Shown here in pieces: positions 35,361 to 45,216 of a DNA stretch of 64,000 nucleotides. The notes under the pieces are model-generated. The model was given only the letters and a program-made list of their open reading frames with translations. It made no database searches and had not been told where the DNA came from. Positions within the stretch are counted from its first letter, which is position 1. Each line of letters begins with the position of its first letter. Made by a program: the position numbers and the translations under genes. Origin of the DNA: Candidatus Levyibacteriota bacterium (GTDB lineage: Bacteria; Patescibacteriota; Microgenomatia; Levybacterales; UBA12049); NCBI GenBank assembly GCA_016186625.1, contig JACPLG010000003.1:98576-162575 (forward strand), written 5' to 3'.

Positions 35361-37103
35361 ATGAGTTTGCTTTTGATATTCGCTTTAGTCTCTGGGCTAA
35401 TTACAATTCTAGCGCCGTGTATATGGCCGCTTCTTCCTATTATTCTCTCTGCAACTGCAACAGGCGGACATAGAAAACCTCTTGGAATAACACTTGGAAT
35501 AATTATCAGTTTTGGGATCGTAACCTTAACAATTTCATATATTGTCAGAATTATTCCGTTTGATCCAAATATTCTTCGTATATTTTCAGTAATTGTGATT
35601 ACAACTTTGGGATTAACGCTCCTTATTCCAAAACTCTCAGGAATTTTAGAAGGCTATGTCAGTAGGCTGTCAGGAAAATTTGCAATTCAGCGTCAGGGAA
35701 ACGGATTTTGGGCGGGGCTGATTACTGGTTTTGCCCTGGGAATTGTTTGGACTCCATGTGCCGGACCAATTCTTGCAACAATTGCAACTCTTGCTGCAAC
35801 ACAGCAGGTAAATAGCTCAATAATATTAGTTACTATTGTATATGTAATTGGCGTTGGAATCCCTCTTTTTCTTTTTGCAATCCTTGGAAGAAGAATTTTC
35901 TCAGGTTCCAAACTTTTATCTCCCTATCTAGGAAAAATTCAACAGGTGTTTGGGGCGATTATGATAATAACTGCAATTTTAATATTTACAAATTATGATA
36001 AGACACTTCAGGCAAAACTTCTTGATCTTTTTCCTTCATACGGAAATTTTATTATTAATCTAGAAAGTAATGAAAAAGTTAAAAAACAGCTTGATAATTT
36101 AAGGGGTGGAACAAACAAGGGAGACGAGATGATTGGAAAACCTTTTGAAATGCCAAAAAGCAACAACCTTCCCAATTTGGGAACAGCACCTGAGTTTGTG
36201 GGAATAAGTAATTGGCTTAACAGTAAACCTTTGATGATGGAGGGGCTTAAAGGAAAAGTAGTTTTGATAGATTTTTGGACTTACACTTGTATTAATTGTA
36301 TTAGAACTCTTCCCCACGTAACTTCCTGGTACAACAAATATAATGATCAGGGATTTGTAGTGGTTGGTGTTCATACTCCTGAATTTGAATTTGAAAAAGA
36401 TACAGGAAACGTTGAGAATGCCATTGCCCAATACAAAATTCTTTATCCAGTTGCGCAAGACAATGACTATGCCACTTGGAATGCCTACTCTAATCAATAT
36501 TGGCCGGCAAAGTATTTGATCGACAAAGATGGTAATATCCGATATGCACATTTTGGAGAAGGAAAATATGAAGAAACAGAGAAAGCAATTCAAGAACTGC
36601 TCAGGCAAGCTGGCCAAAAAGTAGATTCCTCTTTAGAACAAATGCCGGATCAGACACCAAGGATGCGGCTTTCACCCGAAACTTATCTTGGATCAGCACG
36701 AATGCAATACTATTATCCTTCAGGAACCTTATCGAACGGAAAATCCAATTTTAAACTCGAAGAAAACCCATCGCCTAACTCTTTTAGTCTGGGCGGAGAA
36801 TGGGAAATAAGCGATGAGTATTCCGGTCCTTCTAAAAATTCAACTTTAACAATTAATTTCTACGCAGACAAGGTTTTTCTTGTTTTAAAACCGCAAAGTT
36901 CAAATTCTGCGACAAGAATTTATATAGATGGTAAACTCGTGGATTCTAATAATCAAGGAACAGACGTAAAAAACGGAATTATGAATATTGATTCTGATAG
37001 GCTTTATAATTTAGTAGACCTACAAAACGGACCGGAAACACACACCTTAAAAATCGAATTCTTAACTCCTGGGGTAAAAGCTTTTGCTTTTACTTTTGGT
37101 TAA
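35361..37103 (+). CDS. DipZ-like protein: CcdA/DsbD transmembrane domain fused to thioredoxin-like and C-terminal beta-sandwich domain
   Basis: ILAPCIWPLLP and WTPCAGPILA (CcdA TM cysteines); thioredoxin-like WTYTCINCIRTLPH. Confidence 0.85.
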   Translation: MSLLLIFALVSGLITILAPCIWPLLPIILSATATGGHRKPLGITLGIIISFGIVTLTISYIVRIIPFDPNILRIFSVIVITTLGLTLLIPKLSGILEGYVSRLSGKFAIQRQGNGFWAGLITGFALGIVWTPCAGPILATIATLAATQQVNSSIILVTIVYVIGVGIPLFLFAILGRRIFSGSKLLSPYLGKIQQVFGAIMIITAILIFTNYDKTLQAKLLDLFPSYGNFIINLESNEKVKKQLDNLRGGTNKGDEMIGKPFEMPKSNNLPNLGTAPEFVGISNWLNSKPLMMEGLKGKVVLIDFWTYTCINCIRTLPHVTSWYNKYNDQGFVVVGVHTPEFEFEKDTGNVENAIAQYKILYPVAQDNDYATWNAYSNQYWPAKYLIDKDGNIRYAHFGEGKYEETEKAIQELLRQAGQKVDSSLEQMPDQTPRMRLSPETYLGSARMQYYYPSGTLSNGKSNFKLEENPSPNSFSLGGEWEISDEYSGPSKNSTLTINFYADKVFLVLKPQSSNSATRIYIDGKLVDSNNQGTDVKNGIMNIDSDRLYNLVDLQNGPETHTLKIEFLTPGVKAFAFTFG

Positions 37104-37230
37104 ACTTATCTTCCTGTCCCTCTTCTTCTTCCTCTTTTTCTTTTAGCAAACTGGCCTTTGCCAAGCCTTTTTCTTTTTGACCTCGCCATATCCCTCCTTT
37201 ATTTTATTTTAACATAACATTGATTTTGTT

Positions 37231-38214
37231 TTGATTAAATTTTATAATTCCGCAATGAGTTTGGAACGGGAAGGCAGAGCAGATTTCTCAACTGAAACTT
37301 ATCAAATAGGTGCAATGGGGGTTAAAGTCAGCTCAAGAGTTTTGCTTCCAAGTCAAGAGGGAATGATCATTCCCGATAGAAGGATTTTAGAAGAATCAAT
37401 AGTTTTCTTGCCAGGTTGGGGAGTAGATTCAAATTCTAGATCCGCATCTTTAATCGGACAATCTTTTGCTGATGCCGGCGGACAAAGTACGCTAGTTGTT
37501 GATACACAACCAAATGGTGTAGCAAGAGACTCTCTTTTTAGAGAATCTGTGGCTATTGCTGATTTTTTACGAAATCTAGGACTAAGAAGAATAACTTTAG
37601 TGGGTTACTCTGAAGGCGGGATTAAGGCTGCTAATTTAGCTGTTATATTACAGGATTCAGAAATAGAAATTGATGGACTAGTTTTAATGGATCCTATGGG
37701 ATTATACCGGCAAAAACAAACTGGTTTATTTTTGGGTTTTTTTAAAAATGCTTTTCGAAGTGCTCAAAGCCTAAGAGATACTAATATCGTAGATAGACGG
37801 GATTTATTCAGTCGCGGATTCCAATCAGCCGGAGATCTTGCGCTTAATCTTTTAAGAGAAGCTATAAGAATGAAAGGAAAATATCCAAAGAGAATTGTAT
37901 CCCAAGCCAAAAATATGGCAGCAGCAAATCCTAGATTTGGTGAGGTTGATCTGCCCATTGTTTTAATACAAGGAGCTCAAGATCCAGTGTCTAATCCAGA
38001 TCGAACTCTCCCGGGATATAAGGATAAAAAACCGATTGAGAGACAGGAAGCTCTTCAGAGAACTATTTTCCCAAGGAGTCCCTATATCAGAATGGTTACT
38101 GGAGAAAAGTCTCCCATTCATACAATGCCTATATTAAGAGCCGAACAAATTGCTAGAGTTTCACTAAGATTAATCGGGAGATTTCAAAAAGGACAAGTCA
38201 ATTCTCCAACCTAA
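37231..38214 (+). CDS. alpha/beta-hydrolase fold protein
   Basis: GYSEGG nucleophile elbow (GxSxG); 327 aa. Confidence 0.55.
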   Translation: MIKFYNSAMSLEREGRADFSTETYQIGAMGVKVSSRVLLPSQEGMIIPDRRILEESIVFLPGWGVDSNSRSASLIGQSFADAGGQSTLVVDTQPNGVARDSLFRESVAIADFLRNLGLRRITLVGYSEGGIKAANLAVILQDSEIEIDGLVLMDPMGLYRQKQTGLFLGFFKNAFRSAQSLRDTNIVDRRDLFSRGFQSAGDLALNLLREAIRMKGKYPKRIVSQAKNMAAANPRFGEVDLPIVLIQGAQDPVSNPDRTLPGYKDKKPIERQEALQRTIFPRSPYIRMVTGEKSPIHTMPILRAEQIARVSLRLIGRFQKGQVNSPT

Positions 38215-38776
38215 TTTTATATTCGTCTCTAACTTCTTCACCAAATTTTTCCATTAACTTCTTAAGTTTTGGCGTTATTACATAAGTGCAATACGGCGCA
38301 TCTTTATTTTTTTCAAAATAGCTTTTGTGGTAATCTTCTGCAATATAGAAGTTTTTGAACGGCTCTATTGTTGTAACAATTGGCCGAGAGAAAACCTTTT
38401 CCTGTTCTAAATCTTTTATAAACTTTTGAGCAATATCATTCTGCTTTGCAGAATGATAAAAAACAACCGATCTATACTGCTCTCCAACATCATTTCCTTG
38501 CTGATTTGGCGTTGTGGGGTCATGGGTATAGAAGAAAACCTCAAGAAGCTTTTCATATGCGATTTCCGAAGGGTCAAACTCTATCTGGATTGCCTCGGCA
38601 TGCCCAGTTGTGCCTTCACAAACTTGCTCATATGTTGGGTTTTCGATCGAACCTCCGCTATATCCGGGCAAAACCGAGGAAACGCCTTTTAATCTTTTAA
38701 AAATTGCCTCCGTACACCAAAAACAACCGCCTCCGAAGCTAGCTATTTCGTTATTAGTTTTTTGTGTAACCAGCAT
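38198..38776 (-). CDS. msrA: peptide methionine sulfoxide reductase MsrA
   Basis: [13 protein letters not shown] active-site motif; full-length 192 aa. Confidence 0.9.
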   Translation of the reverse strand: MLVTQKTNNEIASFGGGCFWCTEAIFKRLKGVSSVLPGYSGGSIENPTYEQVCEGTTGHAEAIQIEFDPSEIAYEKLLEVFFYTHDPTTPNQQGNDVGEQYRSVVFYHSAKQNDIAQKFIKDLEQEKVFSRPIVTTIEPFKNFYIAEDYHKSYFEKNKDAPYCTYVITPKLKKLMEKFGEEVRDEYKIRLEN

Positions 38777-38816
38777 TATAGTATAAAATAATTAACTAAT
38801 AGAATTTTCATATACA

Positions 38817-39938
38817 TTATTTTTCAAAAGTTTCAATAGAATTAGCCGCACGCAAATAAAGGGCGGCGCTCCACATTTGTTTTTTCTCACCATGACCTCT
38901 TCCATCAATAGGATTATACCATTCATAGAAACCTTCAAGCCGGTCCCAAATAGCCATCTGCTCTCTTGCCAAATCGAAATGTTTCATTTTTACTAAAGCT
39001 AAAATAGCATACCCATGGATAAAAGGCCAAACAACCGAAAATTGATTTGTCCTCTCATGCGGTTGAAATTGGGAAAGCTCATGCGGAAACTGCATATCAT
39101 TTGCTTTGTATCCAAAAGGTGTTTTCATATCCTCCAATTTTTTTATAATTTTCCCATGTCGATCTTCCGGAATAAAATCCCACAGTATCGCAAGCGAGTG
39201 ACCAAGTGTGTCAAAGGTAAAACTTCCAGGAGTATCATTATAAAAATATCCATTCCAGAATTTTTCCTCGATGTTTGTTTGTAATATTGCCGCTTCAGAA
39301 CTCTTACCATTAAGAATATATGCCCTCCAAAGCATAAGATTTACACTAAAAACAAATTTATCAGATAAAGTATAGACAATATCGCGCCAATCAGATCCTA
39401 CAACTAAACCATCCTGCATCAAGTGTTTCTTGATATAGTTAAATGCCTTACTTATATGGGGAACAAGTAAATTATTAACATTGACATCAGCAGTCCTCTC
39501 TATATATTCATAAGAGGCTATAATGAATAAAATTTCGTTATCAGCATACCAAAAAAGCCATCTGCGAAAATTAAGCCGATTGGAGGCAATTGCATACTTC
39601 TGAGACAACATAAGCTTGCGGAATAAAAACTCCCATTCGCTTGCAATTTCTTCTTTGAATAATTTTAGGGCAAAAAGAGTACGATTTTTTGTAAATCTAG
39701 CTGGGATACTCCCTGATCGATGCTGCCTAGCGGCAATAGCGGAAAGATGTTTGAGGGCAATATTGCGATTTTTCAATTCTAGTAATGCGTTAAGACCTGC
39801 TAAAGCAAAATCGCGTGTCCAATATTGATCTCGATAACGATCACAGCCTGCTGAAATACCCAAAGTTCCAATAGAGCAATTAACAATTGATTGTGCCTCT
39901 CGTAACTTGTTTATCCGTTCTTTAAAGTTTAAACTCAT
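38817..39938 (-). CDS. six-hairpin glycosidase-like protein (GH100/GH63/amylo-1,6-glucosidase-like)
   Basis: Trp/aromatic-rich (alpha/alpha)6-like pattern; family assignment tentative. Confidence 0.45.
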   Translation of the reverse strand: MSLNFKERINKLREAQSIVNCSIGTLGISAGCDRYRDQYWTRDFALAGLNALLELKNRNIALKHLSAIAARQHRSGSIPARFTKNRTLFALKLFKEEIASEWEFLFRKLMLSQKYAIASNRLNFRRWLFWYADNEILFIIASYEYIERTADVNVNNLLVPHISKAFNYIKKHLMQDGLVVGSDWRDIVYTLSDKFVFSVNLMLWRAYILNGKSSEAAILQTNIEEKFWNGYFYNDTPGSFTFDTLGHSLAILWDFIPEDRHGKIIKKLEDMKTPFGYKANDMQFPHELSQFQPHERTNQFSVVWPFIHGYAILALVKMKHFDLAREQMAIWDRLEGFYEWYNPIDGRGHGEKKQMWSAALYLRAANSIETFEK

Positions 39939-40195
39939 ACAAAAACTATTTTTAATAGCAGCAGTTACGGTGGGCTTTCTCCATCATGGGCAATAACATC
40001 TCCTGCAAGAGTTGCTTTTTCCATATTATTATTATTATAACGTATAGAAAATTATAGAATGAGGCCGGACAAGAATAATATGAAGTTTTAAAGTTGTTTG
40101 CAATTGGATTTGCAGTAGAATCTACGGGGATTACCATTGCAATTATTTTGTTTGTATTTGCTTATAAATAATTAAAATCTCAAAATTCTCCCAAC

Positions 40196-40292
40196 AATTA
40201 CTCCAATAATGGTTGCATAACCGAGGAAACGCCCTTTAATCTTTTAAAAATAGCTTCCGTGCACCAAAAACACCCGCCTGCCACGGTTGCCC
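40196..40292 (-). pseudogene. duplicated fragment of msrA 5' end (encodes about [18 protein letters not shown]), no start codon
   Basis: About 80 nt about 85% identical to 38672-38745 inside msrA. Confidence 0.55.
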
Positions 40293-40352
40293 TGGCATAG
40301 CGGGCAGGCCCGCCTGCAAACGTTGCCTTCTCCACTAGTTAATTATAGCATC

Positions 40353-41174
40353 CTAGGAGGTCGTTACGCTTTGAGCCGAGTCTACTTCTACTCTTCGGGG
40401 AATTAAATTCTTTCTTCTTCTCGGCCTTTTGACTTCTATTGGCCTGTATTTATCGACATTATCAATCTCAACTCTTGGTTTCATTGATATGACAATTCCT
40501 TCAACAGGAACTCCATCAACAATTAGTTGAGCGAGTCTTCTGTTTCTCCTTGCCTCATCCGTCCTTTGCAGTAAGTGCTCTTTTAAAAATCTCTCATCTA
40601 CTCCTCCGCCAAGAAGAGCGTACCTTATTATTCTAACGGCACTTTGTGGAGTAAGTCTGGTACCATCCGAAGTTTCCAGCTCGCCATCAAACGTCAGTGC
40701 AATAACAGTTCGGGGAACATAAACTTGTCCAGCAGCCTCCTCACCAATTGACTCTTTTATTACTGGATCATCAAACAAAACTTCTCTTTGAGCTACAGCA
40801 TTAACATTAAAATTTCCATGATCGGGATCCCTATGAATACCAATAACTCCTAATTCTCCTGCATATAATATTATCCCTTCTTTAACTTCCGGAAGCCTCT
40901 CATCATGTTGTTGTTCAATCCAAGCTGCTTCTCTACCCATGGTATCAAGAATTACGACTTGATCAGAAGTTATACCTGATGTATCCGTTCCTCTTTCAAC
41001 TCTTAAAGAAACGCCTTGTATGTCCGTTGGCGCATCAACAATTTTGCTACGCCTTGGCTTTGATAATCCTAATTGCTCTTCAGCCCAAGCCTGAACTTCT
41101 GGAGCTATTCCTGTTACTTCCGCTGGAATTGGTGGTCTCTCTCCTACTGCCATAGTCATTGGATTATAGACCAT
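40353..41174 (-). CDS. hypothetical protein, unknown family, basic C-terminus
   Basis: 273-aa ORF with good codon structure; no recognisable motif; flanked by the msrA fragment and a GC-rich palindrome. Confidence 0.45.
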   Translation of the reverse strand: MVYNPMTMAVGERPPIPAEVTGIAPEVQAWAEEQLGLSKPRRSKIVDAPTDIQGVSLRVERGTDTSGITSDQVVILDTMGREAAWIEQQHDERLPEVKEGIILYAGELGVIGIHRDPDHGNFNVNAVAQREVLFDDPVIKESIGEEAAGQVYVPRTVIALTFDGELETSDGTRLTPQSAVRIIRYALLGGGVDERFLKEHLLQRTDEARRNRRLAQLIVDGVPVEGIVISMKPRVEIDNVDKYRPIEVKRPRRRKNLIPRRVEVDSAQSVTTS

Positions 41175-41231
41175 AAACTTAATCTGTCAAGCAAGGATCA
41201 AACCATCAAACTTTTATGCTATAATTTAGCC

Positions 41232-41840
41232 ATGAAAAACACTTTTTCTCCTAGCGTGTTTTTTGATTTGTCAGACTTCAAACATAAGGAGATTTTTGAA
41301 GTAGAGAATGTTTGGGAGACAGTTTCAAAAATTTCTGATTTTATACGCAACAATAATGGGCCAAAGAATGTTGTCATAGGAAAAGGAACAGTTATTGAGG
41401 AAGGCGCTTTGATTAAAGGTCTGGCAATAATTGGTGATAATTGCTTTATTGCCCACGGAGCTTATATCAGAGAAGGTGCAATAATTGGTGACAATGTAAA
41501 AATTGGCCATTGCGTTGAGATTAAAAATAGCGTTATTCTTAATAATACCAATGTTGCCCACTTCAACTATGTAGGAGACAGCATAGTAGGAAACGATGTA
41601 AATATTGGCGGTGGAGCAATTATTGCTAACTTTAGGCTTGATGGTCAAACAATAAAAATTAAATACAATGGGAAGCATTTTGACACTAATCTTAAAAAGC
41701 TTGGTGCAATTGTAGGAGATAAAAGCAAAATTGGCGTAAACTCAGTTTTGAATCCCGGGACAATTCTCTCCAGAAACTCCAAAGTTTTTCCATTAACCAG
41801 TGTTTTTGGAACTCATTTTAACGAAGATGTAATCAAATGA
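41232..41840 (+). CDS. left-handed beta-helix (hexapeptide-repeat) acyl/acetyltransferase-like protein
   Basis: Repeating [LIV]GxxxxI hexapeptides (IGDNCFIAHGAYIREGAIIGDNVKIGHCVEIKNSVI...); ATG 7 nt after TATAAT. Confidence 0.7.
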   Translation: MKNTFSPSVFFDLSDFKHKEIFEVENVWETVSKISDFIRNNNGPKNVVIGKGTVIEEGALIKGLAIIGDNCFIAHGAYIREGAIIGDNVKIGHCVEIKNSVILNNTNVAHFNYVGDSIVGNDVNIGGGAIIANFRLDGQTIKIKYNGKHFDTNLKKLGAIVGDKSKIGVNSVLNPGTILSRNSKVFPLTSVFGTHFNEDVIK

Positions 41841-42454
41841 GAGGCAAAAGAATAATCCTATTTGACATTGATGGAACTATTTTTGATGCTTTATCATTTA
41901 TAGAAGGCTTCTATCAGACTATTTCTCAAGTTTTTAATTTATCAGATCAAGATATTGGTAAGATAAAAAAAATCTACAAAAAGACTAAAGAAAAATATGA
42001 CTATTTTTATCCCCCTTATTTTGAAAGCAAAATCACAAAGATATTTCCTAAAATTCTGGGAGATGAACTTCATAAAATCCTTTGGAATGTTGATTTATTT
42101 GAAAAAAACGTGTATAAAGACGCTTCTGCTATTAATAGCTTAACAAACATAGTAATTGGAATACTCTCAAAAGGAGATTCCGATTTCCAGAGACAAAAAA
42201 TAAAATTCATAAAAAACTTAGCAGAAGAAAACATTCATGTTTTTAAGAATAAAATTGAAAATCTTGGGCAGGTTTTAAAAAAATACAATGATTATGAAAT
42301 CTTTCTTGTGGATAATGAGACTGAGGTCTTAAGAAAGGCAAAAGCTCTAAATCGCAGCGTTATTACAATACTTATTAATAGGAATGGTAAACAACAGGAA
42401 GATAATGGGATTATTAAGATAAAAAATCTTGAAGAGATTAAAAAAATAATATGA
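41837..42454 (+). CDS. HAD-superfamily hydrolase
   Basis: ILFDIDGTIFD motif I; 4-nt overlaps with neighbours (operon). Confidence 0.6.
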   Translation: MRGKRIILFDIDGTIFDALSFIEGFYQTISQVFNLSDQDIGKIKKIYKKTKEKYDYFYPPYFESKITKIFPKILGDELHKILWNVDLFEKNVYKDASAINSLTNIVIGILSKGDSDFQRQKIKFIKNLAEENIHVFKNKIENLGQVLKKYNDYEIFLVDNETEVLRKAKALNRSVITILINRNGKQQEDNGIIKIKNLEEIKKII

Positions 42455-43440
42455 CAAAAATTCCAAAAGTTGTAACAATTGGCGGAGGCACAGGAAGTTA
42501 TGTTACTTTAATGGGACTTAAAAAGTATGATTTTAAGTTGACCGCAATAGTAACAATGACTGACACAGGAGGGTCAAGCGGAAAACTGCGAGATGAACTT
42601 GGAGTACTTCCTCCGGGAGACGTAAGGCAATGTCTTGTTGCTCTTTCTGAATCTTCCAAACTTTTGCGGGACATGTTTAATTACAGATTTGAGGAAGGCG
42701 CATTAAAGGGTCACAGTTTTGGAAATATTTTCTTATCAACTCTTGAAAAAAATACGGGGAGCATGAAAAAGTCAATTTCTGAGATTGGGAAAATTCTTCG
42801 AATTAAAGGTAGTGTTGTTCCTATCACATTTACAAAAAATACAAATCTTTGTGTTGATCTTTCGGATGGAAAAACTATTGTTGGAGAAACCCACATTGAT
42901 GTTGTTGAAAAAATGCAGCACAGAGCAAGAATTGTTAGGGCTTATCTAAAGCCGGAAGCACAGCTTAATAATGATGCAAAATTAGCTATTGAAAAAGCGG
43001 ATTTTATTGTCATAGGACCAGGGGACTTATACACAAGTATAATCCCAAATATTCTTGTCAAGGATGTTCCTAATGTTATCAAAAGTTCAAAAGCCAAGAA
43101 AATATTTGTAATGAACTTAATGACAAAATTTGGCCAAACAACTAACTATAGCGCCCGGGATCACATTGATGCTTTGGAAAAAACCTTAGGAAAAGGAATA
43201 CTTAATTATGTCTTGATAAATTCAAAGTTGCCTCGCCGGACAACCTTAGCCTGGTATGAAGAATATGGAGAAGAACCGGTTGCAGATGATTTAACGAAAA
43301 CAGATTTTAAAGTAATTAGAAAAAGTCTAATAAGAGATGTCATTATTAAGGCAGATGAAAACGACGCGCTGAGGAGGGGAATTATCAGACATGATCCGGA
43401 AAAATTAGCAAAAGAAATTATTAGGATAATCTATGGATAA
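42451..43440 (+). CDS. yvcK: gluconeogenesis factor YvcK/CofD-family protein (UPF0052)
   Basis: VVTIGGGTGSYVTLMGLKKY...AIVTMTDTGGSSGKLR signature. Confidence 0.85.
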   Translation: MTKIPKVVTIGGGTGSYVTLMGLKKYDFKLTAIVTMTDTGGSSGKLRDELGVLPPGDVRQCLVALSESSKLLRDMFNYRFEEGALKGHSFGNIFLSTLEKNTGSMKKSISEIGKILRIKGSVVPITFTKNTNLCVDLSDGKTIVGETHIDVVEKMQHRARIVRAYLKPEAQLNNDAKLAIEKADFIVIGPGDLYTSIIPNILVKDVPNVIKSSKAKKIFVMNLMTKFGQTTNYSARDHIDALEKTLGKGILNYVLINSKLPRRTTLAWYEEYGEEPVADDLTKTDFKVIRKSLIRDVIIKADENDALRRGIIRHDPEKLAKEIIRIIYG

Positions 43441-43536
43441 AAAAAACGAATATAACTGGCTTAAAACTTTAACAATAGGTTTTGGGGTTGCTTCTTTAGG
43501 AATTGCACTGGCAATTTTTCTCTATTTTATTTCAAA

Positions 43537-44043
43537 CTAAACTTTAAATAATCTTCCTACAACTAATCCTATTAAAGTTGCCGCGCCTCCTAAAATAAAA
43601 ATTTCAATTGCACTTTTAAAAGGATTGACTTTAACAATATGAGCTTTAAGATAACCAAGAATGAATAATCCACATAATGCAAAAACTACGCTAATAGTTA
43701 TGGATAACGGAAGTTTAAATAAGATTATTGGCGTCAGCGGAACAAGACCTCCTAGAAAATAAGAGAAAAACATGAGGCCTCCAACAAGATATAAGTTGTC
43801 TGTGTGTTTTCCTGATTTATCCATTTGATGAACTGCCTTCTCGCTCATGTATTGTCCTGCTCCCATAGATAAAGACTCTACTGTAATTGTGACTAGTCCT
43901 GCAAGAATTACCAGTTCTTTGCTGTTACTTCCGGCCGCAACTCCTGCAATTACTCCGGTAGTTGAAACTAATGAATCTTGAAAACCGAATATGATACTTC
44001 TTAGATAATCTTCATGCATATCTAAATTTCCTAAAAATCTCAT
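43537..44043 (-). CDS. VIT1/CCC1-family membrane protein (iron/manganese transporter-like)
   Basis: GFQDSLVSTTGVIAGVAAG motif; 168 aa, multi-TM. Confidence 0.7.
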   Translation of the reverse strand: MRFLGNLDMHEDYLRSIIFGFQDSLVSTTGVIAGVAAGSNSKELVILAGLVTITVESLSMGAGQYMSEKAVHQMDKSGKHTDNLYLVGGLMFFSYFLGGLVPLTPIILFKLPLSITISVVFALCGLFILGYLKAHIVKVNPFKSAIEIFILGGAATLIGLVVGRLFKV

Positions 44044-44096
44044 CTTTTATATTTTAACAAATTGACAAACTATTTATATTCTGGAATAATTTTTAA

Positions 44097-44270
44097 ATGG
44101 CAAAGCCTAGAAAGAATTATGGAAAAAGGCCTCTTTGGCAATGGGTTGTTTTTTATCTAATTATTGGAGGGGTGATATATGCGCTGATTTACTATTCAGG
44201 AGTTATTAAGGCAGGAAATAACAATTATTCTACGAATTATGATTCAGCCCTCTACGACTTAGTGGAGTAA
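44097..44270 (+). CDS. small single-TM protein (57 aa), not in ORF track
   Basis: TTGACA at 44062 and an AT-rich -10; ATG about 7 nt later; MAKPRKNYGKRPLWQWVVFYLIIGGVIYALIYY. Confidence 0.35.
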   Translation: MAKPRKNYGKRPLWQWVVFYLIIGGVIYALIYYSGVIKAGNNNYSTNYDSALYDLVE

Positions 44271-44319
44271 AAATCATAGTTTACATCCCGTCCTCTTGGT
44301 AATATACTACATAGCATTG

Positions 44320-44739
44320 ATGGAATTTATTAAGAAAAATTTTGCGCAGCTTGCTCTTCTTCAGGCCCTCTTAGCAACTTTAGGCAGTCTTTATTTTAGT
44401 GAAATTTTAAAATTTCCTCCCTGTGTCCTTTGCTGGTATCAGCGAATTTTCATGTACCCTTTGGTAGTAATTCTTGCTGTCGGAATTTGGAAAAAGGATA
44501 AGAATCTTCCCTATTTTGTTTTACCTCTTAGCGTCTTAGGAGCGGCTACGGCAATTTATCATAACCTCTTATACTATAAAATTATCCCTGAGTCGCAAGC
44601 GCCTTGCACTCTTGGAATCTCATGCACAACTAAATTTATTGAGTGGGCGGGGTTTATAACAATTCCATTTTTGTCTTTGTCTTCTTTTATAACAATTACA
44701 ATCCTAATGCTTCTTTACAAAAAATATTCAAAATCTTAG
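44320..44739 (+). CDS. DsbB/BdbC-family disulfide bond formation protein
   Basis: PPCVLCWYQRIFMYPL (CxxC in TM1 as in DsbB CVLCIYER); 4 TM. Confidence 0.75.
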   Translation: MEFIKKNFAQLALLQALLATLGSLYFSEILKFPPCVLCWYQRIFMYPLVVILAVGIWKKDKNLPYFVLPLSVLGAATAIYHNLLYYKIIPESQAPCTLGISCTTKFIEWAGFITIPFLSLSSFITITILMLLYKKYSKS

Positions 44740-44749
44740 AAATATCTTT

Positions 44750-45145
44750 ATGGAACTTTTGATAAACTCTGTGACTAAGGATCAAGTTATTGATATTACC
44801 CAAAAAGTGAGCAAATTAATTTCGGAAAAAAATTTTAAAAAGGGGATCTGTTCTATTTTTGTAAAACACACAACCTGTGCAGTTACTACTGCAGATCTTG
44901 ATCCGGGAACAGACAAAGATCTGATTAATTTTCTTAGAAAAATCTCTCCAAATATTTCCTATAATCATCCTCATGATCCCACTCATACTCCTGACCATCT
45001 TCTTTCATCAGTGATTGGAACCAGTGTGGCAATACCTGTTGAGAATAGGGAACTTGAATTGGGAACATGGCAAAGAATTATTTTGGTAGAATTGAATGGC
45101 CCAAAGCAAAGAAAAATAAAAATAAGTTTTTTAGAAGAAACATAA
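44750..45145 (+). CDS. YjbQ-family protein (UPF0047, secondary thiamine-phosphate synthase-like)
   Basis: ICSIFVKHTTCAVTTADLDPG...HPHDPTHTPDHLLSSVIGTSVAIPV pattern. Confidence 0.75.
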   Translation: MELLINSVTKDQVIDITQKVSKLISEKNFKKGICSIFVKHTTCAVTTADLDPGTDKDLINFLRKISPNISYNHPHDPTHTPDHLLSSVIGTSVAIPVENRELELGTWQRIILVELNGPKQRKIKISFLEET

Positions 45146-45216
45146 TCCATTTTGCGACAGGCAAATGTTACAAAATGGACAAAAAATCTAGGGAAAATAA
45201 GAAAAGATCTAGCCTA

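Noticed and set aside
36099-36617. 172-aa minus-strand ORF
   Set aside because: It is antisense to the DipZ-like gene thioredoxin domain.
41073-41231. N-terminal 53-codon extension of the LbH protein in the ORF track
   Set aside because: The extension is Trp/Cys/Ser-rich and non-protein-like, and it overlaps the upstream gene. ATG 41232 sits 7 nt after a TATAAT and is the more plausible start.
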